Source of the DNA: Methanobacteriota archaeon
GTDB taxonomy: Archaea > Thermoplasmatota > Thermoplasmata > RBG-16-68-12
Assembly (NCBI GenBank): GCA_005878515.1
Contig: VBLZ01000097.1
Location: forward strand, 7,634 to 71,633
Direction: 5' to 3'
Length of the DNA: 64,000 nucleotides
The notes under the pieces are model-generated. The model worked only from the letters and a program-made list of their open reading frames with translations, did not search any database and was not told the DNA's origin. A program made the translations under genes and the position numbers. This document shows, in pieces, positions 1 to 9,137 of the stretch (its first letter is position 1; the number at the start of each line of letters is the position of its first letter).

Positions 1-225
1 CTTCGAGTCTCCGGATCCGCGTGCCTTCCACAACTTCACCCGTTGTTCGAGTTCCTCCGGCTCGTCGCATTCGTGGTATCCGTAGGTCACATAGCGTTTG
101 TCCTTGCGACGATGCTTGTACATGCAGGGGCCATATTCGTCGTCTTCCTGGCCATACCACTTGTCGCAGTCCTTGCACAGATGGGGCGACGGCAGCTGGC
201 CTTGCAGGGCCTTCGCGGACTCCAA
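1..225 (-). CDS. Partial Cys-rich protein (N-terminal part only; gene continues beyond the window start)
   Basis: Minus-strand frame with no stop up to the window edge. It reads ...LCKDCDKWYGQEDDEYGPCMYKHRRKDKRYVTYGYHECDEPEE..., a Cys/His pattern resembling a zinc finger. Candidate starts are TTG at 225 or ATG at 123. It lies downstream of infB and the small membrane protein on the same strand. Confidence 0.3.
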   Translation of the reverse strand, partial: MESAKALQGQLPSPHLCKDCDKWYGQEDDEYGPCMYKHRRKDKRYVTYGYHECDEPEELEQRVKLWKARGSGDSK

Positions 226-267
226 GCTATCTCACGTCTCCGACGGGTCGATTGGCAGTCCATTCCG

Positions 268-615
268 TCAGAGATGCGCGCCGACGAAACCCAGGAGCCC
301 TGCCCCGAGGACCACGATCGCCGGAACGCCGAGACCCGCGAAGAACATGATCGCGCCGACGACGCCGCATACGATCGAGGCCAGATTCATCCGAGCCCGC
401 GGAAAAAGGATGCCGAGGGAACTTCGGTAGATCCGTCGACCCGCGATCACCGCGCCGAGGCCCGTGATCCCATGCAAGAAGCGGAGGACCGTGGAGGCGT
501 TCGAGCCGAGGGCGGCCCAGATCGCCAACGCCCCTCCCGCGACCGCGAGCAGGAGCGCGCCCACCCCGAAGGATTGACGCACCCTCGCGGACCATCCGAA
601 GATGCGGGCAAACAT
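268..615 (-). CDS. Small integral membrane protein (3-4 predicted TM helices)
   Basis: A 115-aa ORF that is hydrophobic throughout (…GVGALLLAVAGGALAIWAALG…). It sits co-directionally just downstream of infB. The overlapping plus-strand ORF 43..630 decays into low-complexity R/D/E-rich sequence. Confidence 0.45.
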   Translation of the reverse strand: MFARIFGWSARVRQSFGVGALLLAVAGGALAIWAALGSNASTVLRFLHGITGLGAVIAGRRIYRSSLGILFPRARMNLASIVCGVVGAIMFFAGLGVPAIVVLGAGLLGFVGAHL

Positions 616-675
616 GGCGCGTTCCGATAGGCCCTGGGTATTTGGAACTTGCCACCAACGGTGCGTGCGATGGGA

Positions 676-2433
676 CTACATGCCCCAAAAAGGGTCCTCC
701 TTGCGTTTGATTGCGGCGGTCTGCTCGAGCGCTTCGACCTCGTCGTGGGTCAGGTCCGCCCGCCCCCGGACCGCTCGTGCGTCGGCCTCCGGGAGGTCGA
801 TGTAGAGGATGTCGCCGCCGTTGATCTGTCGGCCGATCGTGATCCCGTCCACGGAGATGGCCACCTCCTGGCCCTGCGTCGCGCCGTCGAGGCTTTTCTC
901 TCCGCTCCGGATTGCCTTGATCCGGCCGAGGGGCCGGCCGTCCGCGCGCATGACCGATTCGCCTGGGCGGATCCGTCCCGCGAGCACGCGGACGCCAAAG
1001 ATCGCGGGCTTCGAGGCCCGGAAGACATGTTCTCCCAGAAAGAGAAGCTTCGCAGGATACGCGATCTCCTTCCGACCGGCCTCGGCCAGCTGTCGCTTCC
1101 GCTCGTCCCGCCACGCTTCGTAGTCTTCGATCAACCGGTAGATCACATCGTTCTCGAGCAACTTCAGGTCCGGATGGTCTCGGAGCGCGGTCTTCGCGTC
1201 CGGGAGGATCTCCAGGTTGAACGCCAGGATCGCGCGGTTCAGCGGGTTCTTCGCGGTCGCGGCGTCGGTGACATCCCGTCGTGAGACCGGTCCGATTCGG
1301 GCGAACTTGATCGGGATCGAGGCCTGTTTGGATTCGTACGCGAGGCCCTCGAGGGATCCGATTGCATCGGCCTTGACGAGGATCCCTTCGTCCTGCGTCT
1401 CGATGTGGACCTGGGACTCTTTCGCGACTTCCTCGATGACCGCGGCGAGGTCGCCCTTCACCGCGCGGATCGGGGCCCCCGCGACGGCCTTCTCGAGCCC
1501 GCTGCCGACGATCTTGACTCCCGAGGCCGCGGAGGCGCTCTTCACCGAATCGAACCGCTCTTGCGGGTCGCGGATTTCGTCCAACGGCTTCGGCTTGAGC
1601 AGGGCCTTCACCTTCGTCGTCCCCGGCTTGCCCGCGGTCCCGAAGACGATCGCCTCGCCTTTCGAGAGGGTGCCTTCGTAGATGATCGCGTCCAGCGTGG
1701 TTCCGACGCCTTTTTCCTCCTTGACCTCGAGGATCGTGCCGACCGCAGGCCCCTCGGCGGTCGCGAGTTGCTCCCCGAGGAACCGCTGCGCGAGGCCGAT
1801 CAGGGTGAGCAACAGGTCCGGGATGCCTTCGCCGAACTTCGCGCTGACCGGGATGACCGCCAGGTTCGTCGTGAAGTCCTCGATCCGGTCGTAGCGGTCT
1901 GCGGAGAAGCCGTGCTCGAACAGGCGGCCGACGAGCTCATACATCCGACGGTCGAGTTCCTCGCGGGCGGAGTCCGGCTGATCCTGGTACGAGCGGACGA
2001 AGGGCTGGCCTTCGTGCTTCCGCCACCCGGGCACCATGTCGATCTTGTTCGCGGCGACGACGAACGGCGTCTTGTAGCGGCGCAGGATGTTCAGGCTCTC
2101 GATCGTCTGCGGGCGGAATCCTTCGTTGACGTCGATCACGAGGACCGCGAGGTCCGCGAGGGCGCCGCCGCGAGCCCGCAACGTCGAGAAGGCGACGTGG
2201 CCCGGCGTGTCGATGAAGAGGAGGCCGGGGATCTGGAAGGATCGTCCCTTGACGAGGTCCCCGCACATCTCGAGGATCGCCGCGAGAGGGACCTCCGTCG
2301 CGCCGATGTGCTGGGTGATCCCGCCGGCCTCGCGGCCCGCGACGCCGGTACCCCGGATCCGGTCGAGGAGGGTCGTCTTGCCATGGTCCACGTGTCCCAG
2401 GACGGACACGATGGGCTGGCGAATGGAAGCCAT
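676..2433 (-). CDS. infB: Translation initiation factor aIF5B (IF-2 homolog)
   Basis: Translation begins MASIRQPIVSVLGHVDHGKTTLLD, the GTPase G1 motif, and continues with an eIF5B-type domain order. The ATG at 2433 is preferred over the GTG at 2439. An AT-rich TATA-like element (ccttctaatatcg, minus strand) lies about 25-30 nt upstream. Confidence 0.95.
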   Translation of the reverse strand: MASIRQPIVSVLGHVDHGKTTLLDRIRGTGVAGREAGGITQHIGATEVPLAAILEMCGDLVKGRSFQIPGLLFIDTPGHVAFSTLRARGGALADLAVLVIDVNEGFRPQTIESLNILRRYKTPFVVAANKIDMVPGWRKHEGQPFVRSYQDQPDSAREELDRRMYELVGRLFEHGFSADRYDRIEDFTTNLAVIPVSAKFGEGIPDLLLTLIGLAQRFLGEQLATAEGPAVGTILEVKEEKGVGTTLDAIIYEGTLSKGEAIVFGTAGKPGTTKVKALLKPKPLDEIRDPQERFDSVKSASAASGVKIVGSGLEKAVAGAPIRAVKGDLAAVIEEVAKESQVHIETQDEGILVKADAIGSLEGLAYESKQASIPIKFARIGPVSRRDVTDAATAKNPLNRAILAFNLEILPDAKTALRDHPDLKLLENDVIYRLIEDYEAWRDERKRQLAEAGRKEIAYPAKLLFLGEHVFRASKPAIFGVRVLAGRIRPGESVMRADGRPLGRIKAIRSGEKSLDGATQGQEVAISVDGITIGRQINGGDILYIDLPEADARAVRGRADLTHDEVEALEQTAAIKRKEDPFWGM

Positions 2434-2542
2434 CGCCACCGGACCAAGAATCCGTCGATATTAGAAGGATGCGGTCCGGGATCATCGGCGGAACCTCTTT
2501 GCAGAAGGAATATGCCGAGCTGGAGGGGTACGGGGTATCGGC

Positions 2543-2923
2543 ATGGCTAGGCGAACCGGCCGGATCGTTCTCGGTGTCATGCTCATGTCTGTCTCCATTC
2601 CCTGGTTTTTCTACGCGCTCGGCATCGCGTTTCGGGAAAGCAGCTTCGCCAATGCAATCGGCTACACGATTCCGTTCGTATTCCTCGAGATCTCGATCTA
2701 CCTCCTCGTGAATGGTATGGTGGACGGGCGGTTTGGAGTCGTGCTCGCTTTGGCGGTGTGCGGACTTATTGTCGCGATTGGGGGAGTTGGGACTTACATC
2801 TTCACCAGCACCTGGTTCCGCGCTCCTTTTCTTGCGCCCGTATGGACGGCCCTTGGCACGATTGGCTTTCTCCTGATGGTACCGCTCGCGATATACGTCG
2901 CAAGACGCGCCAAAACCAGGTAA
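2543..2923 (+). CDS. Small membrane protein (4 TM helices)
   Basis: A 126-aa hydrophobic ORF (MLMSVSIPWFFYALGIAF…). It fills the gap between infB and ndk on the opposite strand. Confidence 0.5.
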   Translation: MARRTGRIVLGVMLMSVSIPWFFYALGIAFRESSFANAIGYTIPFVFLEISIYLLVNGMVDGRFGVVLALAVCGLIVAIGGVGTYIFTSTWFRAPFLAPVWTALGTIGFLLMVPLAIYVARRAKTR

Positions 2924-2928
2924 TTCCC

Positions 2929-2939
2929 GGGGGGGGGGG
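2929..2939. repeat. G11 homopolymer tract
   Basis: The sequence cccgggggggggggctc immediately follows the TAA stop of the 2543..2923 ORF. Confidence 0.9.
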
Positions 2940-2999
2940 CTCCGCGTCGCCTCTCCGGTGCGATGTCTGAAGTTTGGCGGATTCAGAGGTTGGGTCCGA

Positions 3000-3457
3000 C
3001 TACTCCCTTAACCAGGACTCGTCGATCCGCGTATACGCGTGAATCTCATCGGGCTTGAAGAACATCGAGATTTCGCGTTTCGCACTCTCGCCCGAGTCGG
3101 AACCGTGGATCACATTGCGACCAATTGTGAGCGCGAAGTCCCCGCGGATGGTGCCCGGTTCGGCCTCCGCGGAGTTGGTCTTGCCCATCATCTTGCGGAC
3201 GGCGGCGACCGCGCCGTCTCCTTCGAGGACCATCGCGACGACGGGCCCTGCGGCAATGTAGCTCATGAGCGGTTCGAAGAAGGCTTTCCCCTTGTGCTCC
3301 GCGTAGTACGTCTCCCCGAGGGAGCGGCTCACGCGGACGAGTTTCAACGCGGTCACCTTCAGCCCGCGGTGTTCGAATCGGGAGACGATTTCTCCAATGA
3401 GGCCGCGCTGCACCGCGTCCGGCTTCAGGAGGACGAAGGTGCGTTCGGCCACATTCA
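3000..3457 (-). CDS. ndk: Nucleoside diphosphate kinase
   Basis: [35 protein letters not shown]… is the classic NDK N-terminus, with the NDK active-site His region (…NVIHGSDS…). The ORF-track entry 3000..4052 is a read-through artefact. The true ATG at 3455-3457 overlaps the L24e stop (ATGA). Confidence 0.95.
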
Positions 3458-4069
3458 TTTCCCCTTCTTCGCCTTCTTCGCGGTCGGCGCGGGCGCCTCC
3501 TCTTCGTCGGCCGGTTCGCGCTTGCGACCCTTGACTTCCTGCCATCGCCCATCGAGCCACGACTTGAACGTGCGTCGGCCCTCCGGAGAATCTTTCCAGG
3601 CGAGGAACTCCGCCTTGTCGATCCGCGTGACGGGCTTGGCGCCGTGCTTCTTCTTCGACCAGCCGACGATCGACGTGTGGAACGCGTTGCTCGCGACGAA
3701 GTCCGAATACTGCCGCTCGAGGTCCCCGCGAGAAAGGTCCGGGCCCAACCGCTTGTCGATCAGGTCGGACAGATCCGAGGGGATGTCCTTCCCCTTCGGA
3801 GTCTCGATTATGATTTCGACCGCGAGGGCCTCGGGCGCCGGAGTTTCCTCGGAGACAGAGACGGCCTCTTCGGCGGCCACCCGTCCGGCGGCTCGCCGGA
3901 ACGCCTGGGTCCACGGGGTCCACCGCGGCACGCGCCCGAGCTTCAACATGTTCGCCTGGCACTTGTGCGAGCAGAAGAGGAAGACGGTCCCGTCTTTTCG
4001 GATGAACATCTTGCCCGTGCCGGGCTCGATCTCGTTGCCGCAGAACGAGCATGATCGGCGCGTCGGCAT
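3455..4069 (-). CDS. rpl24e: Ribosomal protein L24e with a roughly 140-aa C-terminal extension
   Basis: The N-terminus [32 protein letters not shown] is the L24e TRASH-type zinc ribbon. This is followed by a long tail ending …[19 protein letters not shown]. The reading frame is continuous. Confidence 0.85.
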   Translation of the reverse strand: MPTRRSCSFCGNEIEPGTGKMFIRKDGTVFLFCSHKCQANMLKLGRVPRWTPWTQAFRRAAGRVAAEEAVSVSEETPAPEALAVEIIIETPKGKDIPSDLSDLIDKRLGPDLSRGDLERQYSDFVASNAFHTSIVGWSKKKHGAKPVTRIDKAEFLAWKDSPEGRRTFKSWLDGRWQEVKGRKREPADEEEAPAPTAKKAKKGK

Positions 4070-4073
4070 CGTC

Positions 4074-4286
4074 TCACCGGACCGAGAGCTTGCGGGCCTC
4101 GCGTGCCGTCTCGCGCAGCATCAGGACGTCGCCGACTTGGATGCTGCCCTTCACGTTGCGCGTGATGATGCGGCCCTTGTCGCGACCGTCGAGGACGCGG
4201 ACCTTGACCTGGACCGCTTCTCCTGTCATCCCGGTCCGGCCGACGACCTCGACGACCTCCGCGGGAATGCTGTCATCGTCCGCCAT
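4074..4286 (-). CDS. rps28e: Ribosomal protein S28e
   Basis: A 70-aa protein with [39 protein letters not shown], the S28e signature. Its position between L7Ae and L24e is conserved in archaea. Confidence 0.9.
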   Translation of the reverse strand: MADDDSIPAEVVEVVGRTGMTGEAVQVKVRVLDGRDKGRIITRNVKGSIQVGDVLMLRETAREARKLSVR

Positions 4287-4315
4287 GTTCTCTCACTCGC
4301 GTGTCCGGAGAATCG

Positions 4316-4687
4316 TCACTTTTTCATCGCGCGGATTTTCGCGGAGACGTCATCGATGACCGGCTTCGCCTTGCCCGGGTCGAGGATCGCGATCGATGCG
4401 GTCGCCTTGCCCAGGCCGACCGCGACGCCGAGCTCCTGCTTGCTCGGTACGTAGGCGTAGGGCACGCCCTTCTCTTCGCAGAGGAGCGGCATGTGCGCCA
4501 GGATCTCCTCTGGCTGGACGTCCTCCGCCATCACGACGAACTGCGCCTCGCCGCGCTCGACGAGCTTCGTGACCTCGTTCGTCCCCTTGCGGACTTTCCC
4601 GGTCTCCTTCGCGAGCTCGATTGACTGATAGGTCTTGTCGACGAGCTCCTTCGGCATCTCGAATCGAACGTACATCGGCTTGGGCAT
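4316..4687 (-). CDS. rpl7ae: Ribosomal protein L7Ae (kink-turn RNA-binding protein)
   Basis: A 123-aa protein with …KVRKGTNEVTKLVERGEAQFVVMAEDVQPEEI…VPYAYVPSKQELG…, the L7Ae/L30e family. Confidence 0.95.
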   Translation of the reverse strand: MPKPMYVRFEMPKELVDKTYQSIELAKETGKVRKGTNEVTKLVERGEAQFVVMAEDVQPEEILAHMPLLCEEKGVPYAYVPSKQELGVAVGLGKATASIAILDPGKAKPVIDDVSAKIRAMKK

Positions 4688-4775
4688 CGTGGAGACCTCC
4701 TTCCGCCCCGCGGCCGCGGGACGTCATCAGTCATCGGCTCCCCGTCCTCGGAGAAGCGGCCGTCGAAGTGGCGCG

Positions 4776-4790
4776 GGTTATAAAAGGTTT
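4776..4790. promoter_or_regulatory. AT-rich TATA-box-like element in the divergent intergenic region
   Basis: The sequence ggttataaaaggttt stands out in a GC-rich intergenic region between rpl7ae (minus) and the Nudix-like gene (plus). Confidence 0.35.
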
Positions 4791-4874
4791 GCGACCCTCT
4801 CCCGGCAGCTCTGCGAATCAGCGCGGCACCGTTGTGCAGCAAGGTTGAAATCGCGAGGTGCGGTTCAATCACAC

Positions 4875-5399
4875 ATGCCCACAGACCGGAAGTTCTGCCG
4901 GTTCGCCACGTCGGACCGTCCACTGCAGACCCGAGAGATTCCGGAGGGCGGGATTTGTTTGTCCGCGTTCATCGTCCTGAGCGAGAGCGGCCATCGAGAC
5001 CGCGTGCTCATGGGTCATCTCGATCCTTCCGCGGACTGGGATCACATCGGGGCGCTGGATTCGGAACGGGCCGCGCTGAACAGCAAAGGATGGATGCTGC
5101 CTTCGTCGCACCTGTTGCTCGGTGAGTCGCCGCAGGCGGCCGCGGATCGGATCCTCAAGGAGCAACTCGGTCTCCCGAGTCATCCGCTGAACGGCCCCCT
5201 CGTCTTCTCCGAGGTGTACGGTCCCAAGAATCACTGGGATCTCGAATTCGTCTTCCTCGGGGAACGGAACCAGATCGGACAGCATCCGGCATGGACCGAG
5301 CTCGCGTTCGTCGACACGAACGAAACGCCGCGGGAGGAAGTCTCGCGGTACCATGATGACATCCTCGCGCACGTGGGCCGTTGGAATCCAACCGGATGA
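4875..5399 (+). CDS. Nudix-fold protein with a degenerate Nudix box
   Basis: Start taken as the internal ATG at 4875 (MPTDRKF…). It contains …GWMLPSSHLLLGESPQAAADRILKEQLGL…, which follows the Nudix pattern GX5EX7REUXEEXGU except that catalytic Glu positions are replaced (RILKEQ). Confidence 0.5.
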   Translation: MPTDRKFCRFATSDRPLQTREIPEGGICLSAFIVLSESGHRDRVLMGHLDPSADWDHIGALDSERAALNSKGWMLPSSHLLLGESPQAAADRILKEQLGLPSHPLNGPLVFSEVYGPKNHWDLEFVFLGERNQIGQHPAWTELAFVDTNETPREEVSRYHDDILAHVGRWNPTG

Positions 5400-5443
5400 G
5401 AACTCGGGAAATCCTCGTGAGCCGCGGGAGGAGACTCCGCCGA

Positions 5444-6907
5444 CTAGCTTTGGCCGTCGCGATGGGCGGGCGGTGGTGTGGCTCGTCCCAGTTGTTCCCG
5501 AACCATTCGGTTCGCGATTTCCAGGAACTTCTCCTCGCTCCCCGGAGGGATCGTCGCGCCGGCCGCCGCATGGTGACCGCCTCCCTGGCCCCCGACGGCC
5601 ATGCTGGCCACCTGCATGACGGCCGCGAGATCCAGCCCGCGGGCCACCAGCTCCCGCGTCGTCCGCGCCGAGACCTTGATGCCATCGTCCGCTTGCGCGA
5701 ACGCGATGATCGGCAGGTCTTTCGTCGCGCCGTCTCGGTTGAGGGCCATGCTCGCAGCGATCCCGACCACGGTGTCGCGGATCCGGTCCGCCGCATGGAA
5801 GTACTGAAGCGCTTCCATCTGCGTGATGCCGGTCTCCTCGATCGTCTCCATCGAGTCCACCAGATACTCGCGGTGGCCGCGGAGGAGCCGGAGCGCCTGC
5901 GCGAGGTACTCGTCCCGATCGCCGCGGCACACGCGGTATCCGACCTCCGGTTGGTCGTACCGTCCGCACGCGTTCATCAGGGTCCCGAACTCCTTGGCAT
6001 CGCGCGTCGGACTCCCGGCGGGTTCTCGCGGCAGGGTGTATGTCTCCCCCGCGAGGCGCTCGACCTCCTTGATTCCGCAACCGCGTTCGAGCATGTGGGC
6101 GACGAGCGCGGAAACGACGCGCTGCTTCTCGCCTCGGTCGAGGTCCGACCAGCTCCGCCAGTGGTCCTCGATCTTCAGGTCGACTCCCTGCTCGAGGAGG
6201 AACGCGATGCACGCCTCCTCGTTCCCGCTCAGGCGGGGGATCCACGGGTCCGTTGCGTACTGGAGCATCTTGTACGCGGGCCGGGTCTCCCGACCGAAGA
6301 GACGGAGATCGATCTGGGCCTCGAGGACGCCGGCCGCGATCCCATCGGCGAGGATCGTGCGGTTGTAGCCGGAGAGCCGCCGGAACTCCTGATCCTGGAC
6401 ATCGCCCACGGCGCCGACGACCGCGATCGAGGCGAGGTCAACGTTCTTCGGGGAAAGCGCTCTCGCCACCGCGTACGCGCAGCCCGCGCCGCTCGCGACG
6501 TCGGAGCCTTCGCCTTCGAGATGCGGATTCAACATCAAGACCCGATCCTGGGATTCCGTGAAGCGAACGAGATCGCTCCGCAACGCTTTCGGGACCTCTC
6601 GTTCCGTCGGGACATGGTGGTCCGTGATGACCGCGTCGAGCCCGTGCAGCGCGTGCAACATCCCGGCTCCCAGGTCGATGAACCAGACGAGCGGCGTCCC
6701 TTTCCGCTTCAATTCCGTGAGCACGGCTTCGTCCAGCTTCTTGACGAAGGCCACCTCATGGGAGATGCCCGCTCGATCCAGGGCCTCCGAGGCAATCGCT
6801 CCTCCCGTGATGCCGTCGGTGTCGATGTGGGTCACGATCCGGACGAAGGGCGCGGGGCGCAGGCGCTCCGCGATCTCCTGAGCGACGGCCTCCATCGCGC
6901 CACCCAC
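5444..6907 (-). CDS. DHH/DHHA1 phosphoesterase (archaeal RecJ/NrnA-like)
   Basis: A 487-aa protein containing an aspartate pair (HIDTDG), a DHH motif (AVITDHH) and the DHHA1 GGGH motif (GGQGGGHHAAAG). Confidence 0.85.
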   Translation of the reverse strand: MGGAMEAVAQEIAERLRPAPFVRIVTHIDTDGITGGAIASEALDRAGISHEVAFVKKLDEAVLTELKRKGTPLVWFIDLGAGMLHALHGLDAVITDHHVPTEREVPKALRSDLVRFTESQDRVLMLNPHLEGEGSDVASGAGCAYAVARALSPKNVDLASIAVVGAVGDVQDQEFRRLSGYNRTILADGIAAGVLEAQIDLRLFGRETRPAYKMLQYATDPWIPRLSGNEEACIAFLLEQGVDLKIEDHWRSWSDLDRGEKQRVVSALVAHMLERGCGIKEVERLAGETYTLPREPAGSPTRDAKEFGTLMNACGRYDQPEVGYRVCRGDRDEYLAQALRLLRGHREYLVDSMETIEETGITQMEALQYFHAADRIRDTVVGIAASMALNRDGATKDLPIIAFAQADDGIKVSARTTRELVARGLDLAAVMQVASMAVGGQGGGHHAAAGATIPPGSEEKFLEIANRMVREQLGRATPPPAHRDGQS

Positions 6908-6921
6908 CGGGAGGCAAACGC

Positions 6922-7407
6922 ATGAATCTTTGGGAGGGAGCCGCGGACGAGGTCGCCTCGCTTTTCCGAGAAGAACGGATATCCGAGGAGGGCCTTGGTG
7001 GCGATGTGCTTCATGTGACGGCCACGGGCCTGATCGCCCACGACGGGCGCGTCCTCCTGGGGAAGCGGACGAGCACGGTTCGATTCGCGGGCATGTGGGA
7101 CGCCTTCGGCGGACATCTGGTCCCCTGCGAGGAACCCTCGGCCGCTCTGGTCCGCGAGCTTCAGGAAGAGTTGGGCATCACGGCGCTCCGGCCCCGGTTC
7201 CTCGGGATCTATGAGGACATCGATCCGACGTCCAAGGATCTCTTCCGTCACTACCTGTTCTTCGTCACCCGCTGGAGTGGGGATCCGAAAATCACGAACG
7301 AGGAGCACTCCGAGGTCCGTTGGTTCACCCCCGAAGAAGCGGAACAACTGAATCTCGCGCCGAGCCTCAAGGACGCCATTCGGCGCATCCTCCCAAAGAA
7401 ACCTTAA
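6922..7407 (+). CDS. NUDIX hydrolase
   Basis: A perfect Nudix box is present: GGHLVPCEEPSAALVRELQEELGI (GX5EX7REUXEEXGU). Confidence 0.9.
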   Translation: MNLWEGAADEVASLFREERISEEGLGGDVLHVTATGLIAHDGRVLLGKRTSTVRFAGMWDAFGGHLVPCEEPSAALVRELQEELGITALRPRFLGIYEDIDPTSKDLFRHYLFFVTRWSGDPKITNEEHSEVRWFTPEEAEQLNLAPSLKDAIRRILPKKP

Positions 7408-7438
7408 TCGCGGCGCATGTGTTCAATCGGCCGAGCTT

Positions 7439-7858
7439 ATGGTCGACGAGAAGCAGATTAAGAAAATCCTGAGCGACATCCGGACGATTGCCGTCGTCGG
7501 CTGTTCCAAGGATCCCGCGAAGGACGCGCACCGCGTCCCGAAGTACATGCAGATGAATGGCTACCGGATCATCCCGGTGAATCCGACCGCGGCCGAGATC
7601 CTCGGTGAGAAGGCCTATCCGTCCCTGGATGCCGTCCCGATTCCGTTCGACGCCGTCGACATCTTCCGCCCCTCGGCGGACGTGCCGCCGATCGTGGACC
7701 AGGCCGTCAAGACCCCGGCGAAGGTCATCTGGCTCCAGCTCGGGATTCGCAACGAGGACGCCGCACGGAAGGCGCAGGCCGCGGGCAAGATCGTGATTCA
7801 GGACCGCTGCATGATGCGCGACCACGCGCGGCTATTCGGCAAGACGATCCTCGAATGA
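7439..7858 (+). CDS. CoA-binding domain protein (YccU/YneT-like)
   Basis: A 139-aa protein with IRTIAVVGCSKDPAKDAHRVPKYMQMNGYRIIPVNP, the succinyl-CoA-ligase-like CoA-binding fold. Confidence 0.8.
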   Translation: MVDEKQIKKILSDIRTIAVVGCSKDPAKDAHRVPKYMQMNGYRIIPVNPTAAEILGEKAYPSLDAVPIPFDAVDIFRPSADVPPIVDQAVKTPAKVIWLQLGIRNEDAARKAQAAGKIVIQDRCMMRDHARLFGKTILE

Positions 7859-8455
7859 CGAGGCCGCGAACACGAGCGCGACGCTCGAGCCGCCCGCACG
7901 TCTCGCCGCGGCGATGAGGGCCTCGATCTCTCCGAGGACGCTCACCGCGGCCGGCGGCGCCTTGAACTTCGCGGTGGTCACGGCTTCGTACCACGGACGG
8001 AGTCGGACTTCCGGCACGATTCCGACGCGGAACGGATTGGAGACTCCCCGCTCCAGCTTGACGTTCGGGCTGATTCCTGAGAACGCTTGCACCGGGACCT
8101 CGATCCAGTTGGATCCCTCCTGAGGGAACAGTTCCGGCGAGATTCCCGGCGGAAGGGTTTCCTCCGCGGCCCGGATCGAGCGGCTCCCGTCGGAGTTCTC
8201 CCAGACCCGGCCGAGGCGAGCGCCCGCCGAGACGACGGTATGATCGAGCCATGCGAGGTCGTGGATCCGCCGGATCGACGCCCGACGCGTCCACAGGACT
8301 TTCGCCAGGAGATAGTACGACTCGCGGAGCGCTTTCGCCTCCGGTGACTTCGGGCCCCCGGCGTGCTGCGCCTTCTCGAGCGCCGAAGCGACGAGCGGCT
8401 GCGACGAGAGCAACGACTGAAAGTCGACGACCCGGAGGAGCGCCCGCCATCCCAC
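7832..8455 (-). CDS. Hypothetical protein
   Basis: A 207-aa ORF of balanced composition that runs convergent to the CoA-binding gene. No family was recognised. Confidence 0.45.
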   Translation of the reverse strand: MGWRALLRVVDFQSLLSSQPLVASALEKAQHAGGPKSPEAKALRESYYLLAKVLWTRRASIRRIHDLAWLDHTVVSAGARLGRVWENSDGSRSIRAAEETLPPGISPELFPQEGSNWIEVPVQAFSGISPNVKLERGVSNPFRVGIVPEVRLRPWYEAVTTAKFKAPPAAVSVLGEIEALIAAARRAGGSSVALVFAASSFEDRLAE

Positions 8456-8504
8456 GGCACCGCCACGGGTCTCACAAAGAAAAGGGTGTCGGCGGGCGGG
8501 CCGA

Positions 8505-9005
8505 TCAGTGCAGGACGACGGATTTGACGCCGTCCACCTGCTTGATCTGCGGGAGCAGTCGATCGGGTACCGGCGCCTCGGTCACGATGAATCCGTGCGG
8601 GTCATCGACGATTTCCGGATCGTCCATGATGACCTGACGGATCGAGATCCCCGCTTGCGCGATGATCGCCGCGACCCCGGCCAGGATGCCGGGCTTGGAG
8701 GCGTTCGTCGGGACGATCTCGATCGCGCCCCAGTTCATCAGCGGCGCGATTTCGCGCAGGTGGCAGACCGGCCGGAGGGCGTCGAAGAACGACCGCAGCT
8801 CGTCATTCTTGTCGATCGTGTCGACGGTCGCGGTCACGACGCGCCGGTCGACGCCGGCGGCGCGGGCCATCGCGGTGTCCGAGAGCTTGATCTCGGCGGC
8901 GTAGACGCTCCCCTCGTGGACGCGCAGGCCGTACATGACCATGAGCTGCGCGACCTTCTCCTGCGCCGGGAATCCTTTGAAGTAGTGACGAAATCGCGCC
9001 CACAT
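8505..9005 (-). CDS. ACT-domain regulatory protein (archaeal amino-acid metabolism regulator family)
   Basis: A 166-aa protein whose C-terminal half (…GILAGVAAIIAQAGISIRQVIMDDPE…) is typical of an ACT fold. It is divergent from trpB2, a common arrangement in archaea. Confidence 0.65.
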   Translation of the reverse strand: MWARFRHYFKGFPAQEKVAQLMVMYGLRVHEGSVYAAEIKLSDTAMARAAGVDRRVVTATVDTIDKNDELRSFFDALRPVCHLREIAPLMNWGAIEIVPTNASKPGILAGVAAIIAQAGISIRQVIMDDPEIVDDPHGFIVTEAPVPDRLLPQIKQVDGVKSVVLH

Positions 9006-9091
9006 GCTCTCGGCCCAATGTACGGAAGGGTGCTCTAAGGGTTAATGTTTCCGTCTTGGAATGTAATTTCATGTACGATGACGAACAGAAT

Positions 9092-9103
9092 CGTTATATA
9101 TTG
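9092..9103 (+). promoter_or_regulatory. TATA-box-like element upstream of trpB2
   Basis: The sequence cgttatatattg lies about 35-40 nt upstream of the preferred ATG at 9138. Confidence 0.4.
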
Positions 9104-9137
9104 TCCAAATAATCCTGAGCCGGGATCGGTGAGACTG

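Noticed and set aside
3000-4052. 350-aa ORF-track entry spanning ndk and the L24e region
   Set aside because: Only the 3' 456 nt (ndk, starting at MNVAERTF) are genuine. The upstream part is an out-of-frame read-through across the rpl24e gene, whose own frame encodes a recognisable L24e zinc ribbon.
5381-6925. 514-aa plus-strand ORF
   Set aside because: It is antisense to the DHH/DHHA1 phosphoesterase, which carries clear DHH and GGGH motifs. The plus frame is R/D-rich low complexity.
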